Positions 35,885 through 47,826 of a stretch of DNA of 55,679 nt are shown here, piece after piece (the stretch's first letter is position 1; every line of letters begins with the position of its first letter). A model generated the notes under the pieces. That model had not been told where the DNA came from. It made no database searches and saw only the letters and a program-made list of their open reading frames with translations. Source of the DNA: Octopus bimaculoides (Eukaryota); the NCBI RefSeq assembly GCF_001194135.2, contig NC_068981.1, positions 134,524,665 through 134,580,343 of the forward strand, given 5' to 3'. A program made the translations under genes and the position numbers.

Positions 35885-37920
35885 TTTTTTTTTCTAATTG
35901 CCCACAAGGGGCTAAACATAGAGGTGACAAACAAGGACAGACAAAGGGATTAAGTCGATTACATCGACCTCAGTGTGTAACTGGTACTTAGTTTATCAAC
36001 CCCGAAAGGATGAAAGGCAAAGTCGACCTCGGTGGAATTTGAACTCAGAACGTAACAGCAGACAAAATATTGCTAAGCATTTTGCCTGGCATGCTAACGT
36101 TTCTTATTTCTTTATTGCCCACAAGGGGCTACACACAGAGGGGACAGACAAATGGATTAAGTCGATTATATCGACCCCAGTGCATAACTGGTACTTATTT
36201 AATCGACCCCGAAAGGATGAAAGGCAAAGTCAACCTTCGCGGAATTTGAACTCAGAACGTAGCAGCAGACGAAATACCACTAAGCATTTCGGCCAGCATG
36301 CTAACATTTTTGCCAGCTCACCGCCTTCCCAACCACATGGTTTTGAGTTCAGTCCCACTGCATGGTACCTTAGGCAAGTGTATTCTGATATAGTTCTAGG
36401 CTGACCAGTGTCTTGTGAGTGAATTTGGTAGATGAAAACTGTGTGTGGAGAAGCCTGTCATTATATCTACATATGTGTGTGTCTATGTTTGTTCTCTCCC
36501 TACCATTGCTTGACAACTGGTGTTAGTTTCTCTATAACCCTATAACTTAGTGCTTTGGCATAAGAAACCAATGGAAAAAGTAATAGATTTCAAAATAAAT
36601 ACTGGAGTTGATCTGTTCAACTACAATTTTTCAAGAGTAGTCAATTACATCACCACTCCCACCACCCCAGTGCTCAAATAGGTACTCATTTTATTGACCC
36701 CAAAAGGATGAGAGGCATGGCAGAATCTGAACTCGGATTATAAAGCAGGAAGAAATGCCATGAAACATTTGGTCTTGTGTGCTAATGATTCTGCCAGCTT
36801 GCCACCTTAATAATAGTAATAATAATGATGATGATGATGATGATGATAATGATAATAATTTCTAATATAGGACACAAAGCCAGAAATTTTGGGGAAAGGG
36901 ATAGTTTATTTTATCATCCCCAGTACTAGATTGGTAATTATATCATTGACCTGAAAAGATGAAAGACAAAGTCATCCCCAGTGAAATTTGAACTCAGAAT
37001 GTTAAGACAGATGAAATGCCACTAATGCTAACAATTCTACCAGCTTACCACCTTAATGATAATAATAATCCTTTCTACTATAGGCACAAGGTCTAACATT
37101 TTGGAGGAGAGGATAAGTCAATTACATCAACCCCAGTGCTTGACTGGTACTTTTTTTTTATCAACCCTGAAAGGATGAAAGGCAAAGTTGACCATGGCAG
37201 AATTTGAACTCAGAATGCTGTTAAGAATTTTGCTCAAGGTGCTAACAATTCTGCCAGCTTTCCACCTTAAGGGCAGCAATCTTGGGGGAGGGGATGAGTT
37301 GATTACTTTGACCCCAGTGTTCACCTGGTAATTCTTTAATTGACCCCGAAAGGATGAAAGACAAAGTCGACCCTGGCAGACTTTGAACTGAGAATGCAAT
37401 GATTGAGAAAATACTGCTAAGCATTTTGCCCGGAGTGCTAACGATTCTGCCAGCTTGCAAGAGGAAGAAGAAGAATGATTATAATGGTTTCAAATTTTGG
37501 CACAAGGCCAACAATTTTGGGGAGGGAACAAGTCGATTACATTGATCCCAGTGCTTAACTGGCACTTATTTTATCGACCCAGGGTGGATGAAAAGTAAAG
37601 TTGACCTTGGCAGTGCTGGTGGCATGTAAATAGCACCATCCGAACATGGCCGATGCCAGTTGCCACCTGACTGGCTCCCATGCCGGTGGCACGTAGAAAG
37701 CACCCACTGCATTCTTGGAGTGGTTGGTGTTAAGAAGGGCATCCAGCTGTAGAAACCTTACCAGATCAGATTGGAGCCTGGTGCTGCCTCCTCCTGGCTT
37801 GCTAGTCTCCAGTCAAACTGCCCAACCCATGCCAACATGGAAAACGGACGTTAAACGATGATGATGATGAAGGTAAACATTTTGTCTGGCATGCTAATGA
37901 TTCTGTCAATTCACTGCCTC
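35885..37920 (-). mobile_element. Cluster of about seven co-oriented SINE B copies, with one A copy (~36330-36600) and one D copy
   Basis: Repeated GACCCCGAAAGGATGAAAGGCAAAG..GAATTTGAACTCAGAA..GCTAAC..TTCTGCCAGCT units at about 35885, 36103, 36660, 36858, 37068, 37271 and 37482. Confidence 0.9.
37612..37870 (+). mobile_element. SINE D inserted into a SINE B copy
   Basis: B is interrupted at GACCTTGGCAG, and the B head resumes after (ATG)n at about 37870. Confidence 0.8.
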
Positions 37921-39856
37921 AAGAAGAAGAAGAAAAATGATAATATTTACAACAATAATCAGTGGTGTCTACTTCTGCTAGAATGGTTGAATATTGGCAA
38001 GTTGATTATTTGGAAAGAAACATTGGCACAACAGACAGGTTTTAATTATCTACTTCATTGTCATCTTTTTCGTCTTGCCATTAAAATTACTAGCTATGGA
38101 AGCATGTTGACTTGTGTATATAGAATAAGCATACTGTAGAACATTGATACATTATTTCTCTGGTATCTGATATGAAACCAACTTGCAATGCATTTACTAT
38201 TCAAATATATGAACAGCTGAATATCACCTTCCATATTGCTTTTTTTATGTTTTGTTTTGTTTTTTTTCTCTTTAAGACATAACAAGCTTTTACTGAAAAA
38301 AGTTGATGTCAATATTTACATCTTTTTCCTTGCTGTCTATTCTCACTTCTTTCTTTTTAATAATTTTTAGTTGCATCACCTAAATGTTTTTCATTATAAC
38401 ACAATATTAGTATTTATTTTCTTTAACATTTCAGTTTTTAATGTTTGTTGAAACAGAAACCAAACTTATAACTATTATTAAGTTAAATATTTGTTTCCAT
38501 TTATTCACAGATACTCACCACTATTAGGTCGCTTTTTTTTCTTTGTATTTTATTTATTTATTTTGCCTTTTCTTGTAACTATTTTTTCATGATTCCAAGA
38601 AGATAGTTATTTGTCTTTCAAGTTAATGCATGTTGAGAAATTTTTCCCTTGTAGTATATAAATTAACCCTTACTTATTCTTACTTCATTTCAAATTCGAC
38701 TCACTATATTTTTTGCAGGATTTTCTCAGTTAGTCTTTTTCCTTATTTTTATATTTTCTCTGTACAACCATTAAAACTTTAAAATCTAAATTTTTGTGAC
38801 TCTTATGTTCATGTAAGCATTTTTATGTCACTATGTCTACCACCATTATCTTTTCTGTTTGTAAATCCTTGTTGAGTTTATGTACCTTTCTTTATGCATG
38901 TGTGTGTTCTTGTGTTGCTATGTTAATTTATCATATTTTTTTTCTTTATAAAAACCTGTTTGCATTATGCACATTCTTTACTTCATTGTCAAATTAAAAT
39001 CAAAACCAAAAAAAGAAAAACTGTCTTCTCATGAATGCAATCTCTGAATGATAATCAAAGTACAGCATTTATTAAAATAGTCCAAACTCAGCTAAACAAA
39101 TATTTAGTAGAAAATAAGAAGGTATAACTTAAGAAGAAATGCAGTCCTTATTAATGCATCTCTTAAATTGTTTACTTTCTACAATTATGTCAAACAAATA
39201 GAAAGCATCATCATCATTATTGTTTTAATGTTCACTTTTCTATGATTGCATAGGTCAGACAAAATTTATTAAGACAGATTTTTCTGTGACTGGATGCTCT
39301 TCCTGTCTCCAGCCCTCACCTTTTCCAAGCAATCTATTTTTTACCAGTCTGGATGTATATTCATGGAAGATTGCAAGCAAACAAGACTGCTTGTATGATA
39401 GTGGTGTTTACATATAGTTATGTGTCTATCTGTCAACTCACACAACAGACTTTTTTTTCAGTTTCTGTATATCAGATTCACTCACAAGGTTTTGATTTGT
39501 CCAAGACTGTAGTGAAAGATTACTCATGGTACCATGCAGTGGAGCTGAATCAGAATCTACCACTCAGCCATGCCTGAACCTATAAGACATATATGCTAGT
39601 ATCAAACAGTGAGAATGAGTGCTCAGCACCACATTGGTGAATAAATATTCTTTATCTGTGGATTAACAAGGCAACCAATGGTTTCACACGAACAACTGCA
39701 ATTGTTCAAGCAAACTAAATGGGAATGTTGGTACTCTTCTCCATTTGTTGATACAAACAGGAAATTAAAACTCAAAACATGAGTATGTATATTTTTAAAC
39801 AGCAAAAATTACAGAGTGACTCAAGGGCCATGAGTTTTGAGCATTGATACTTTCAG

Positions 39857-39894
<38 letters not shown>

Positions 39895-40191
39895 AATATA
39901 TATATATGACCTATTTTTTTAGGTTGATATCAACTTTCAATGCTTAAAATTTCTCTTAAACTTTACATAATTTTCATATCTTGTGGGTGATGGTTTATAT
40001 TTTCATCTTTATATTAGCATTGGTTGATAGGATTTGTAAACAGATGCATTTACTGTTTCATGAATTACAACACAATGATCTTAATTCCGGGTCTACTTTG
40101 ATAGACCAGTCTTACACAGTACATATGTTGTGCTTCCACTTCATTTTAATCTACTGTTTTCTATCTTAAAAATACTTTCCTTCCTCTATAT

Positions 40192-40524
40192 CAGAGGTTC
40201 TCAAACTTTTTAGGCCACCGCCCCACTCAGGGCCACATAATACCCCCAGCGCCCCCACCCCTATCTTTATATATAAATAAATACTTTATATTTTACTAAT
40301 TTAGATATACTATGAATCATTTGATATTTCATATAATGTTATATAATTTGTATACAATACGATAATAATATTATAATAAATTCATAGTGCCCCCCAATCC
40401 ACTGCCTTCCTCCCAATGCCTCCTTTTTCTCTAATGCCCCTCCCCACCTGGCGCCCACCTGGACTGTCTCAACACCCACTGGCGGGGGGGGGGGAGTCAG
40501 TAGTGCCCACTTTGAGAACCTATG
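40192..40524. mobile_element. hAT-type MITE with perfect 8-bp TSD
   Basis: TIRs CAGAGGTTCTCAAACT and reverse complement CATAGGTTCTCAAAGT; TSD CTCTATAT at 40184-40191 and 40525-40532. Confidence 0.93.
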
Positions 40525-40639
40525 CTCTATATCCTTACGTTCATTGAAATTCCATCCAGAAGTGATGAGGCATATTTCTTCCTTTCTTCCTTCTTTCTTT
40601 GCTTCTTTACCTTTTAGTGAGGAAAGAAGGGTAGTATGT

Positions 40640-40880
40640 GAAGGCACAGGGCTTGATGGTTTGTGTGTGCAACACACAATCATAAGATCGTGGTTTCAAT
40701 TCCTGGACCGGGTGGTGCATTGTGTTCTCAAGCAAAAAGCTTCATTTTATGTTGCTTCAGTCCACTCAGCTGTAAATGAGTAACCCTGCAATGGACTGAC
40801 ATCCCATTCAGCAGGAGTGTTGTGATCTCAGTCACTATACCTCATGGAAACCTTATGAGTCCTTGAACTAGAGACAGTTA
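40640..40880 (+). mobile_element. SINE C
   Basis: GTGAAGGCACAGGGCTTGATGGTT...GGTTTCAATTCCTGGACCGGG...CCACTCAGCTGTAAATGAGT. Confidence 0.8.
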
Positions 40881-40921
40881 TGTCTTCAGGGTTTAATGAT
40901 GATGATGAAGGTCTTGGAGGT

Positions 40922-40989
40922 CTTCTCTCCCTTGCACCAGTCTTGGAGACCCTTTATAGGGTCTCCAAGACTAGTGAAGGGGAGAGAAG
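40922..40989. repeat. Short near-perfect inverted repeat (~31-bp stem, 4-nt loop)
   Basis: CTTCTCTCCCTTGCACCAGTCTTGGAGACCCT-TTAT-AGGGTCTCCAAGACTAGTGAAGGGGAGAGAAG. Confidence 0.85.
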
Positions 40990-41123
40990 TGGGTGCTCTC
41001 AAATCAAAGATCTGGTCTAAATGTTTGCAGCAGAACAGAAGACTCAACTAAAGGCACCCAGCATGCCTGATCATGGGGCAGGATTACATTAAATTATTGT
41101 TGGATATGAACTCAGAACACAAA

Positions 41124-41131
41124 GTAGTAGC

Positions 41132-41172
<41 letters not shown>
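41124..41172. repeat. (AGT)n microsatellite
   Basis: Direct reading. Confidence 0.95.
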
Positions 41173-41174
<2 letters not shown>

Positions 41175-41783
41175 TATGCTGTAACAGCACTCCACTGCAT
41201 CAACCATTTGTTGGCAATTCCCTATGACTCCTGGTGGATGATGCCTTTACACCACTCAGACAACAACTCTCCAGCCCATGAGTCCATTGGAGTAGTCATT
41301 GTTGGTGAGTGTTTTGCAAGGTCAAAGTGCAAATCATATCTCAACCTCTTTTAGTTACTTTTTACAACACACAGAGGAAGTATTGGGTCTATTCTTTGAC
41401 ATGCCAATCCTCACACAGCACAGAACACAAAAAAAATCATAGAAAATTTTTCAAAGCATGTGGTCCAACCTTCTTCGAAGCCATCACTCGAGATGAGTTG
41501 TTTTTTTTTTATCAATCCCTAAAGGCAAAGCTGACTGTAACACCCTATTGTTTCGTCTTAAATCCTTGTTATTATCACTCTTATTTATAAATCCATCAAT
41601 GTTCCTCCTGAGTACAATATTTTTTCCTTGATATGTATTATGATTGTGTCTTAATGCTACTAAAGATGTGTAGGATATACAGAAAGGGAATAAGTGTTTT
41701 AAGCTAGTGGGGGAAAAGAATAAACAACACAGCTTCCATTTTCTTTCTCTACAACTACAGGGGATTTTTTGCATCCTTTAAAT

Positions 41784-42429
41784 CAGGGGCCCCCAACCAC
41801 CAGGCTGTGGATCATTTGGTATGAGACCACACAGAAAGAATAAATTTAAAAATTTATTTCTATTTTGTTGGTTATTGCTGTCTACAGAATGTTTTTGCAT
41901 TATGTTGTATAGTGAAACTGTACATCCCTCCCAGTAAAAAGTGGCAGTAGCTAGCCATTATAAATAGACGAGTAGCTGGTCGATACAAGGTCCAGAAGGT
42001 AGAAGGTCAAGAGTACATGTAGACTGTGCTGATAGTCGTGTCTGTGCTGATATAGTAATTATATTGTGATACTGAGTGGACATTATAATGATCCAATCCT
42101 TTGAGGATAATGACATACTACAACTGGGGGTCGTACAGTGCCAGATAGAAACATCCTATCGATGGCTTCGTAATATAACAATATCTATCAGAGCAACAAC
42201 TATCATCAAAAGACAGATACAACAGTGGCAAAAGACCACTTTACAACACATTATATATCCATTATATACATATACATACATATATATATATATATGTATG
42301 TACTAAACATGTTAAATTCTATACTTTGTCATTTATTGTGTTTTGTTATGAGTGTGCTGTCCCCCAGTCCATGGACAAATTGTCGTGCATGAAATTGGTC
42401 CCTGATACAAAAAAAGATTGGGATTGTTG
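41784..42429. mobile_element. hAT-Charlie (MER1-like) non-autonomous element
   Basis: CAGGGGCCCCCAACC... and ...GGTCCCTGATACAAAAAAAGATTGGGATTGTTG ends; TSD CTTTAAAT/CTTTAAAC (41776-41783, 42430-42437). Confidence 0.85.
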
Positions 42430-43889
42430 CTTTAAACACTATTATCTGTAAATGAAAATGCGTGCATGATATTGAAAGGGTAGTATTTGCTGACAAGGTT
42501 TTTTTAAAAAATTCATAAAGTTCAACAAATTAGATGGTCAATACAAGAAAAATATCCTTTGAACAGGATCAATCGTAATTATAAACTTTGGTTTATTTCA
42601 AGCACTCTCTCATTTTTATAATCCTTTACAAGAAAAGCAAGCCAATATATATTAAAATAAAAGCCGTGTTATTGATAATAGACATGAAAGCTACATGTGG
42701 GTGAGATAAGGACTGTTTACTAGTTTTCTCATATCCATGGAGATACTTCAAGATAAGTAAGATATCATATTAATCTATAGATCTCAAGTGTTTACTTTTC
42801 TTTCAACTTTCTTGTCTTGCATACACACACAGAACTACATATGTGCATATGTGTGTATATTGAGAAATATATATATATTGCCATAAGGCAAGTTAAGACA
42901 GCTCACTGCTAGGAAAATTTGAATAACTTCATACCTACACTACACTTTAATGTTGCTATGTAACATGCTAGAACAGTAATAGAAGAACCAGATCAAATAA
43001 TTTCTCTTTTGTCACTTTCATGAACAGATTATGGATTTGCTAATTCAGAATTTGTGTTTTCTTTTTAGTTATTTTTTTTACTTGCAATTTTGTAGGTATA
43101 TTATTAACCTTTGAAATGTTGATATCCTTTGTGAAAGCACTTGAAACCTCAACAGAAGTAAAAATTCTTTGATACAAACAACAAATTAAAGGCTTAATAT
43201 GTTCCTGAAATACACTTAACAGTTCCAGAACATGATGAAGCATTTTGTTTTGTAATTAGTTAACTTTCAGTCAGTAACAGGTTAAATCAAATACTGTTTG
43301 TTTTTTAGTTTTGGGGTTTTTATTTATCTCTAGCTTGGAATTTACTAGCTAAAATTAGTTCAATCATCACCTTGGGTATAGTAGGTGGGAAGAGAGATGT
43401 ATTTACAGTGGTGTTAGTCTGTGTATACAGGTGTGTTAGTGTATGTGTGACTCTGTAAGTGTTCATGTGTCTATGTATGATGGTATGTGGGGGAGTATAT
43501 GTGTTAGTGCGTACATGGTTTGTGTGTTGGTGTGTACATATGTATGAGAAAGGAGGAGTGGGGTGAGAGAGAATGCTGATGTATAAATTAGAAATTCCCA
43601 CATAAATTAGGTGTTGGAAGAGCAGCTTTATTTAAAAATTTTTTTTTTTTTACATATGTTTTAAAAATGTCTCGTTAGACCTAACTAGTAGTTATGTGTA
43701 CATTATCTAACTTAGTGCTTCTTGTTTCATCTTTGCTACTTAAATACTTCGTTTTGTTTTGAACTAATATAGGCTTTTTGATTCAGAGCTTAAACTTACA
43801 ACATATGCAAAAAAAAAAAGAAAGAAATCTCTTTGATTCTGTGAATTAAACAGCCAAAGAACAATATTTTCACCTTTAAAGAATATCTG

Positions 43890-43896
43890 CTCTCTC

Positions 43897-43988
<92 letters not shown>
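43890..43988. repeat. (CT)n microsatellite
   Basis: Direct; a similar tract lies at 45948-46009. Confidence 0.95.
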
Positions 43989-43991
<3 letters not shown>

Positions 43992-44104
43992 AGACAACTC
44001 AAAATCATAATGTTCCTCTTCTCACCAAACTCTTAAACTCTACTGTATAATTATTGCCAAAGTAGACTGCCATCTAGCTTCTTTCAATTTTGTTTTTCAC
44101 CTAC

Positions 44105-44240
44105 ATTATAATAGCTACGGTTAGCTGGATACTAGACTCAAGATCATAATGTCATGGATTTGATTCCTGAACCAGATGGTTCAATGTACCCTTGAGAAAA
44201 GCACTTCATTTCACATTGTTCCAGTGTACTCAACTAAAAT
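44105..44240 (+). mobile_element. SINE C, degenerate
   Basis: CCTTGAGAAAAGCACTTCATTTCACATTGTTCCAGT core. Confidence 0.7.
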
Positions 44241-44593
44241 ACAGTTCGAAGTGTTAATGCAGCCCTTTCTTTCACCAGTTGTCATATCTTTGATGTTCTC
44301 CTGGGTCAATGAGTTGAGAAGGTGTTTACATCTGCTCATGATTACAGAGGCACTTAAAGCATTGGTACATAACAGCATGTCATGCCAGTCTGTATATGAC
44401 TGCTATGAATGCAAGACGAATGCCTCTTTCCAATATCAAATTTCCTAGCTTTCCTAGGAAAAAAAAAGAATCTGGTGAATTATCTCGCATTTGGTTAAAT
44501 GTTGGTTAAATGTAAGAAATTTAAATCTATGATCCAATAGTAAATTTATTTTTTTATCCATTCAGCTATTTTGCTACTAAGCTTCTTTTTATC

Positions 44594-44631
<38 letters not shown>

Positions 44632-44895
44632 TTTTTTTTACTAAACCACGAAATAGTCAGCTCATAAGGAAATAAACCTTAAAGAAATCAGTTTTACTTT
44701 TTTCAGTTTACGTTTACTGTAAACAAATACAACTGCTTTACCTACCGAGTTCTTTGGAGAAAGAATTGTAATTACCTTCCCGAGTTGTTATATCTGCTTT
44801 ATACATCTCTACTTTAAGGAGGTTACTTCTTCAGCTACTTATGATTGACATGCTTTGCTGTATGGCTTGTAGGCGTGTTGTAGTTACCTGGCGAT

Positions 44896-44934
44896 TATAA
44901 AACAAGGAACTCCCACCTCCCTCCTCTCCATTTC
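44896..44934 (+). promoter_or_regulatory. Possible TATA box plus Inr in a mildly CpG-retaining segment
   Basis: TATAAAA at 44896-44902, CCATTTC with A at 44930 (spacing 34, slightly long); several CpGs in 44640-44940. Confidence 0.2.
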
Positions 44935-45530
44935 TCCGCCTTTTTTATAGTTTTTTTTTTTTTTTTCATTTTTCATTTTACTATCTTCTCAATACTAGTC
45001 AAAGGGCAAGCTTTAAAATCTTTTGTCTTACACAATTAAATGGTGGGAGAAAGGAATGTTATCTACTATATATTTTTATTTTAGTTTTTACCTCATATAT
45101 GCACACAGAAAATAATCAGCATACTCTCACATATAAAGCAAAGGTTTCTATATGCTTTATATATATACAGTGTACATTTTATTATGTGTATTTATATATG
45201 AATATGGGCATGTTTACACTTATAATATAATGCCTGTCTAGAGGTGTGTGTAGAAGGTATGGGAATCCCCATACACTTATTACAATCCACAATCTTTTCT
45301 TATTCATATATATATATACACATACATTTTTATTATTATTATTATTTAGACACACCTCAAATGAAGTACTGGTCAGGTTCTCTGTCTTTATTCAGTGATA
45401 TAACTGGGTCTAAATACCTGAAGATATTTTTTTAGAAGTTGTTTTCACCTTTTCAGTATGTGCCTTGGAGTTATTCGCAACATAGTGTTTTCTTCTCAAG
45501 AAAAATTACTTAACCAAGGGAAATAAATAA

Positions 45531-45571
<41 letters not shown>

Positions 45572-45945
45572 AGTGAGAGAGAGAGAGAGAAAGAAAAAAA
45601 ATCTTGAAGGTTAGCTATTTGTTACAGTTTCTTATTTTGCTATCTCTTTTGTTGTGAATATTGTTGATTTACTCATATTGTCTTCTATGTAGAAATGTAT
45701 GTGCAGTATCGACAGAATTTATTATGAATATTTACTAACACTGCCCTCCCTCAGTACCATAACTTTTTCTTAGCACATTGTGCATTCCTAAATTATATAT
45801 AATTTGAAGATAAACAAGTGTATAATAGTAATAATAATAATAAGTAGCATGACTACACGACTGTATGTTATTGTTTATTAGTTTGTAAAAGTTTTTATAT
45901 GTTAATCCCAAAAATATTATATCTTATGCTACAAATATGTGTGTT

Positions 45946-46014
<69 letters not shown>

Positions 46015-46169
46015 TGCTCTCTCTCTCACTCTACCTGTGTGTTTTATGTGTGTCTGTCTGACTATCTGTTTATATATGTGTCTAAGTTTCTCCATGTTTT
46101 CATAAACAGAAGAATGCACAGTCTTCATATAAAAGGCATTGACCCACCTACTCACAGGTACTGCATTTA

Positions 46170-46490
46170 AATTTTTTGCAGGTGTTTTTCATATTTTTCC
46201 CAGTCTAACACTACATTATATATTGCCTGGTTTCACCTAGCTGTCAGATATAGGAATAAGATCATCTGGCAATGCCACCTGCAATCAAACTTCAAAGATT
46301 CGGAACTATCTTTTTGCTTTCAATAGAATCGTTCATTAAAAGTACAGCTTTCAGTATATGAAATGCATTTTTATAATGAAATAATGAACTCCTCCTACAT
46401 CACTGTTCATTCACCTGTAATTAACAGCCAGTTATCCCTGCCTTACTCCGATGATAGCTTCAGATGATGTCAAAAGCTAAGTCAGTCCTT
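46170..46490 (-). mobile_element. Highly decayed LINE reverse-transcriptase fragment
   Basis: Minus-strand GVRQG motif followed about 170 nt later by ALPDDLIPISDS, resembling FADDLVLISDS. Confidence 0.5.
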
Positions 46491-46598
46491 CTTTCCTTAA
46501 AACACTGTAATATTTAGCATATCTTATTTAACACAAGATGTTAATATGAGTTTACTTGGAAAGCTTTCTGCTCGTGCTTGAAGCATTACACAATCACA

Positions 46599-46601
<3 letters not shown>

Positions 46602-46635
<34 letters not shown>

Positions 46636-46654
46636 ACGCACACGCACGCACACG

Positions 46655-46728
<74 letters not shown>
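46602..46728. repeat. (AC)n/(GCAC)n microsatellite
   Basis: Direct reading. Confidence 0.95.
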
Positions 46729-46731
<3 letters not shown>

Positions 46732-46735
46732 TTAA

Positions 46736-46916
46736 CACCTTTTGTTAGAGCGGGCTCTTTATTTCAGTTAATTTTGTAAATAACGAAGAATTTTGCAAAA
46801 TAACTTTGTTGTATATTAAGCTGGTGTCTGGAACATAAATTGGCATGAAATTTTCATGAAGGGTTTTAGCTTGGAACAGGGAGTTTGTATGAGAATCAAG
46901 GGTGGTCTCAAGTGAG
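46736..46916. mobile_element. TTAA-flanked MITE, family 1 (inverted)
   Basis: TTAA at both ends; reverse-complement similarity to 1523-1742. Confidence 0.65.
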
Positions 46917-47289
46917 TTAAAGACACACATATGCAAACATGCACACACACACACACACACACACATGATGCATGCAAATGTGACATATGCATGCATGCAC
47001 ATGTGGCATATGCATGCATGTACATGCATACAAACACATGCTACAAATGTGCGTCATAATGATCATAGTCATTTTAATATCCATTTCACTATACTCATAT
47101 GGGTTGTTTGTGTTTGTAACCACTTCTTCCAATGTCTTCCACTGTATTTTCTGTATCAGAAGGATCTTCTACTATCAATATGTATCAGTACCTGGTACTT
47201 TGGCTCAGCTTTCAGCTTTCTCAACCCACTTGTACTTCATCTTAGATAGAAGTGTGAATGTCTGTATTTAACTCAATGCATTTCATATA

Positions 47290-47460
47290 GCCGCTGTGAG
47301 TTTCTCGTTTCTGTTGTTTCTTTCGTCCTCTTGCCGACCCACGTCGTCAAGAACCTGGTCAGGTTACGCCGCTGACCTCATGTCGCATCGCGGCCGGCGC
47401 GGCGGACGGGCTAGTTGTCGCTTCCCAATCCACCACAGGCGACGCGACGTCACCGAAAGA
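47290..47460. promoter_or_regulatory. Isolated CpG-rich block, promoter-like
   Basis: About 20 CpGs in 170 bp in a CpG-poor window; CCAAT at 47425-47429, CRE-like TGACGTCG (minus strand, 47445-47452), GC-box-like run. Confidence 0.4.
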
Positions 47461-47599
47461 GATCATACTTTCTTTTTTAGGCAGTGTTATTTGCAGTTGA
47501 CAGGTATAGTGTTAAGATATAGATTCATCTCAACTGCTTAGAAATAACTACCCTCTCAAATGCTACCCCCCCTTACACACACACACACACACACACACT

Positions 47600-47826
47600 T
47601 AGTTGAGAGCGCTTCTTGAAAGTTATGTGGCAACTCCACTAGTGCCAGAGACATGGAAAAAGTACCCAGTTCACATTGCAAAGTGGTTGGCATGCAAAAG
47701 GGCATTCAGCTGTAGAAACCATACCAAAGTTAATATGGTGTATGATGCATCTCTGTGGCTCACCAGGTCTCGATCAAACTGTCCAACCCATGCCAGCACA
47801 GGAAATGGATGTTAACTGATGATGAT
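47600..47826 (+). mobile_element. SINE D tail
   Basis: GGGCATTCAGCTGTAGAAACC...GATGTTAACTGATGATGAT. Confidence 0.75.

Noticed and set aside
35885-37920. Repeat-spacer-like pattern suggesting CRISPR
   Set aside because: Units are ~200-bp SINEs in eukaryotic DNA; there are no short constant repeats with unique spacers and no cas genes.
46960-47040. Alternating purine-pyrimidine (TGCA/CATA) tract with Z-DNA potential
   Set aside because: A common microsatellite-decay product in this genome, as at 2340-2440; no specific signal.
47340-47475. Similarity of short words to 18S (AACCTGGT) or U3 (ATACTTTC) 5-prime ends
   Set aside because: Only 8-nt matches with no continuation.
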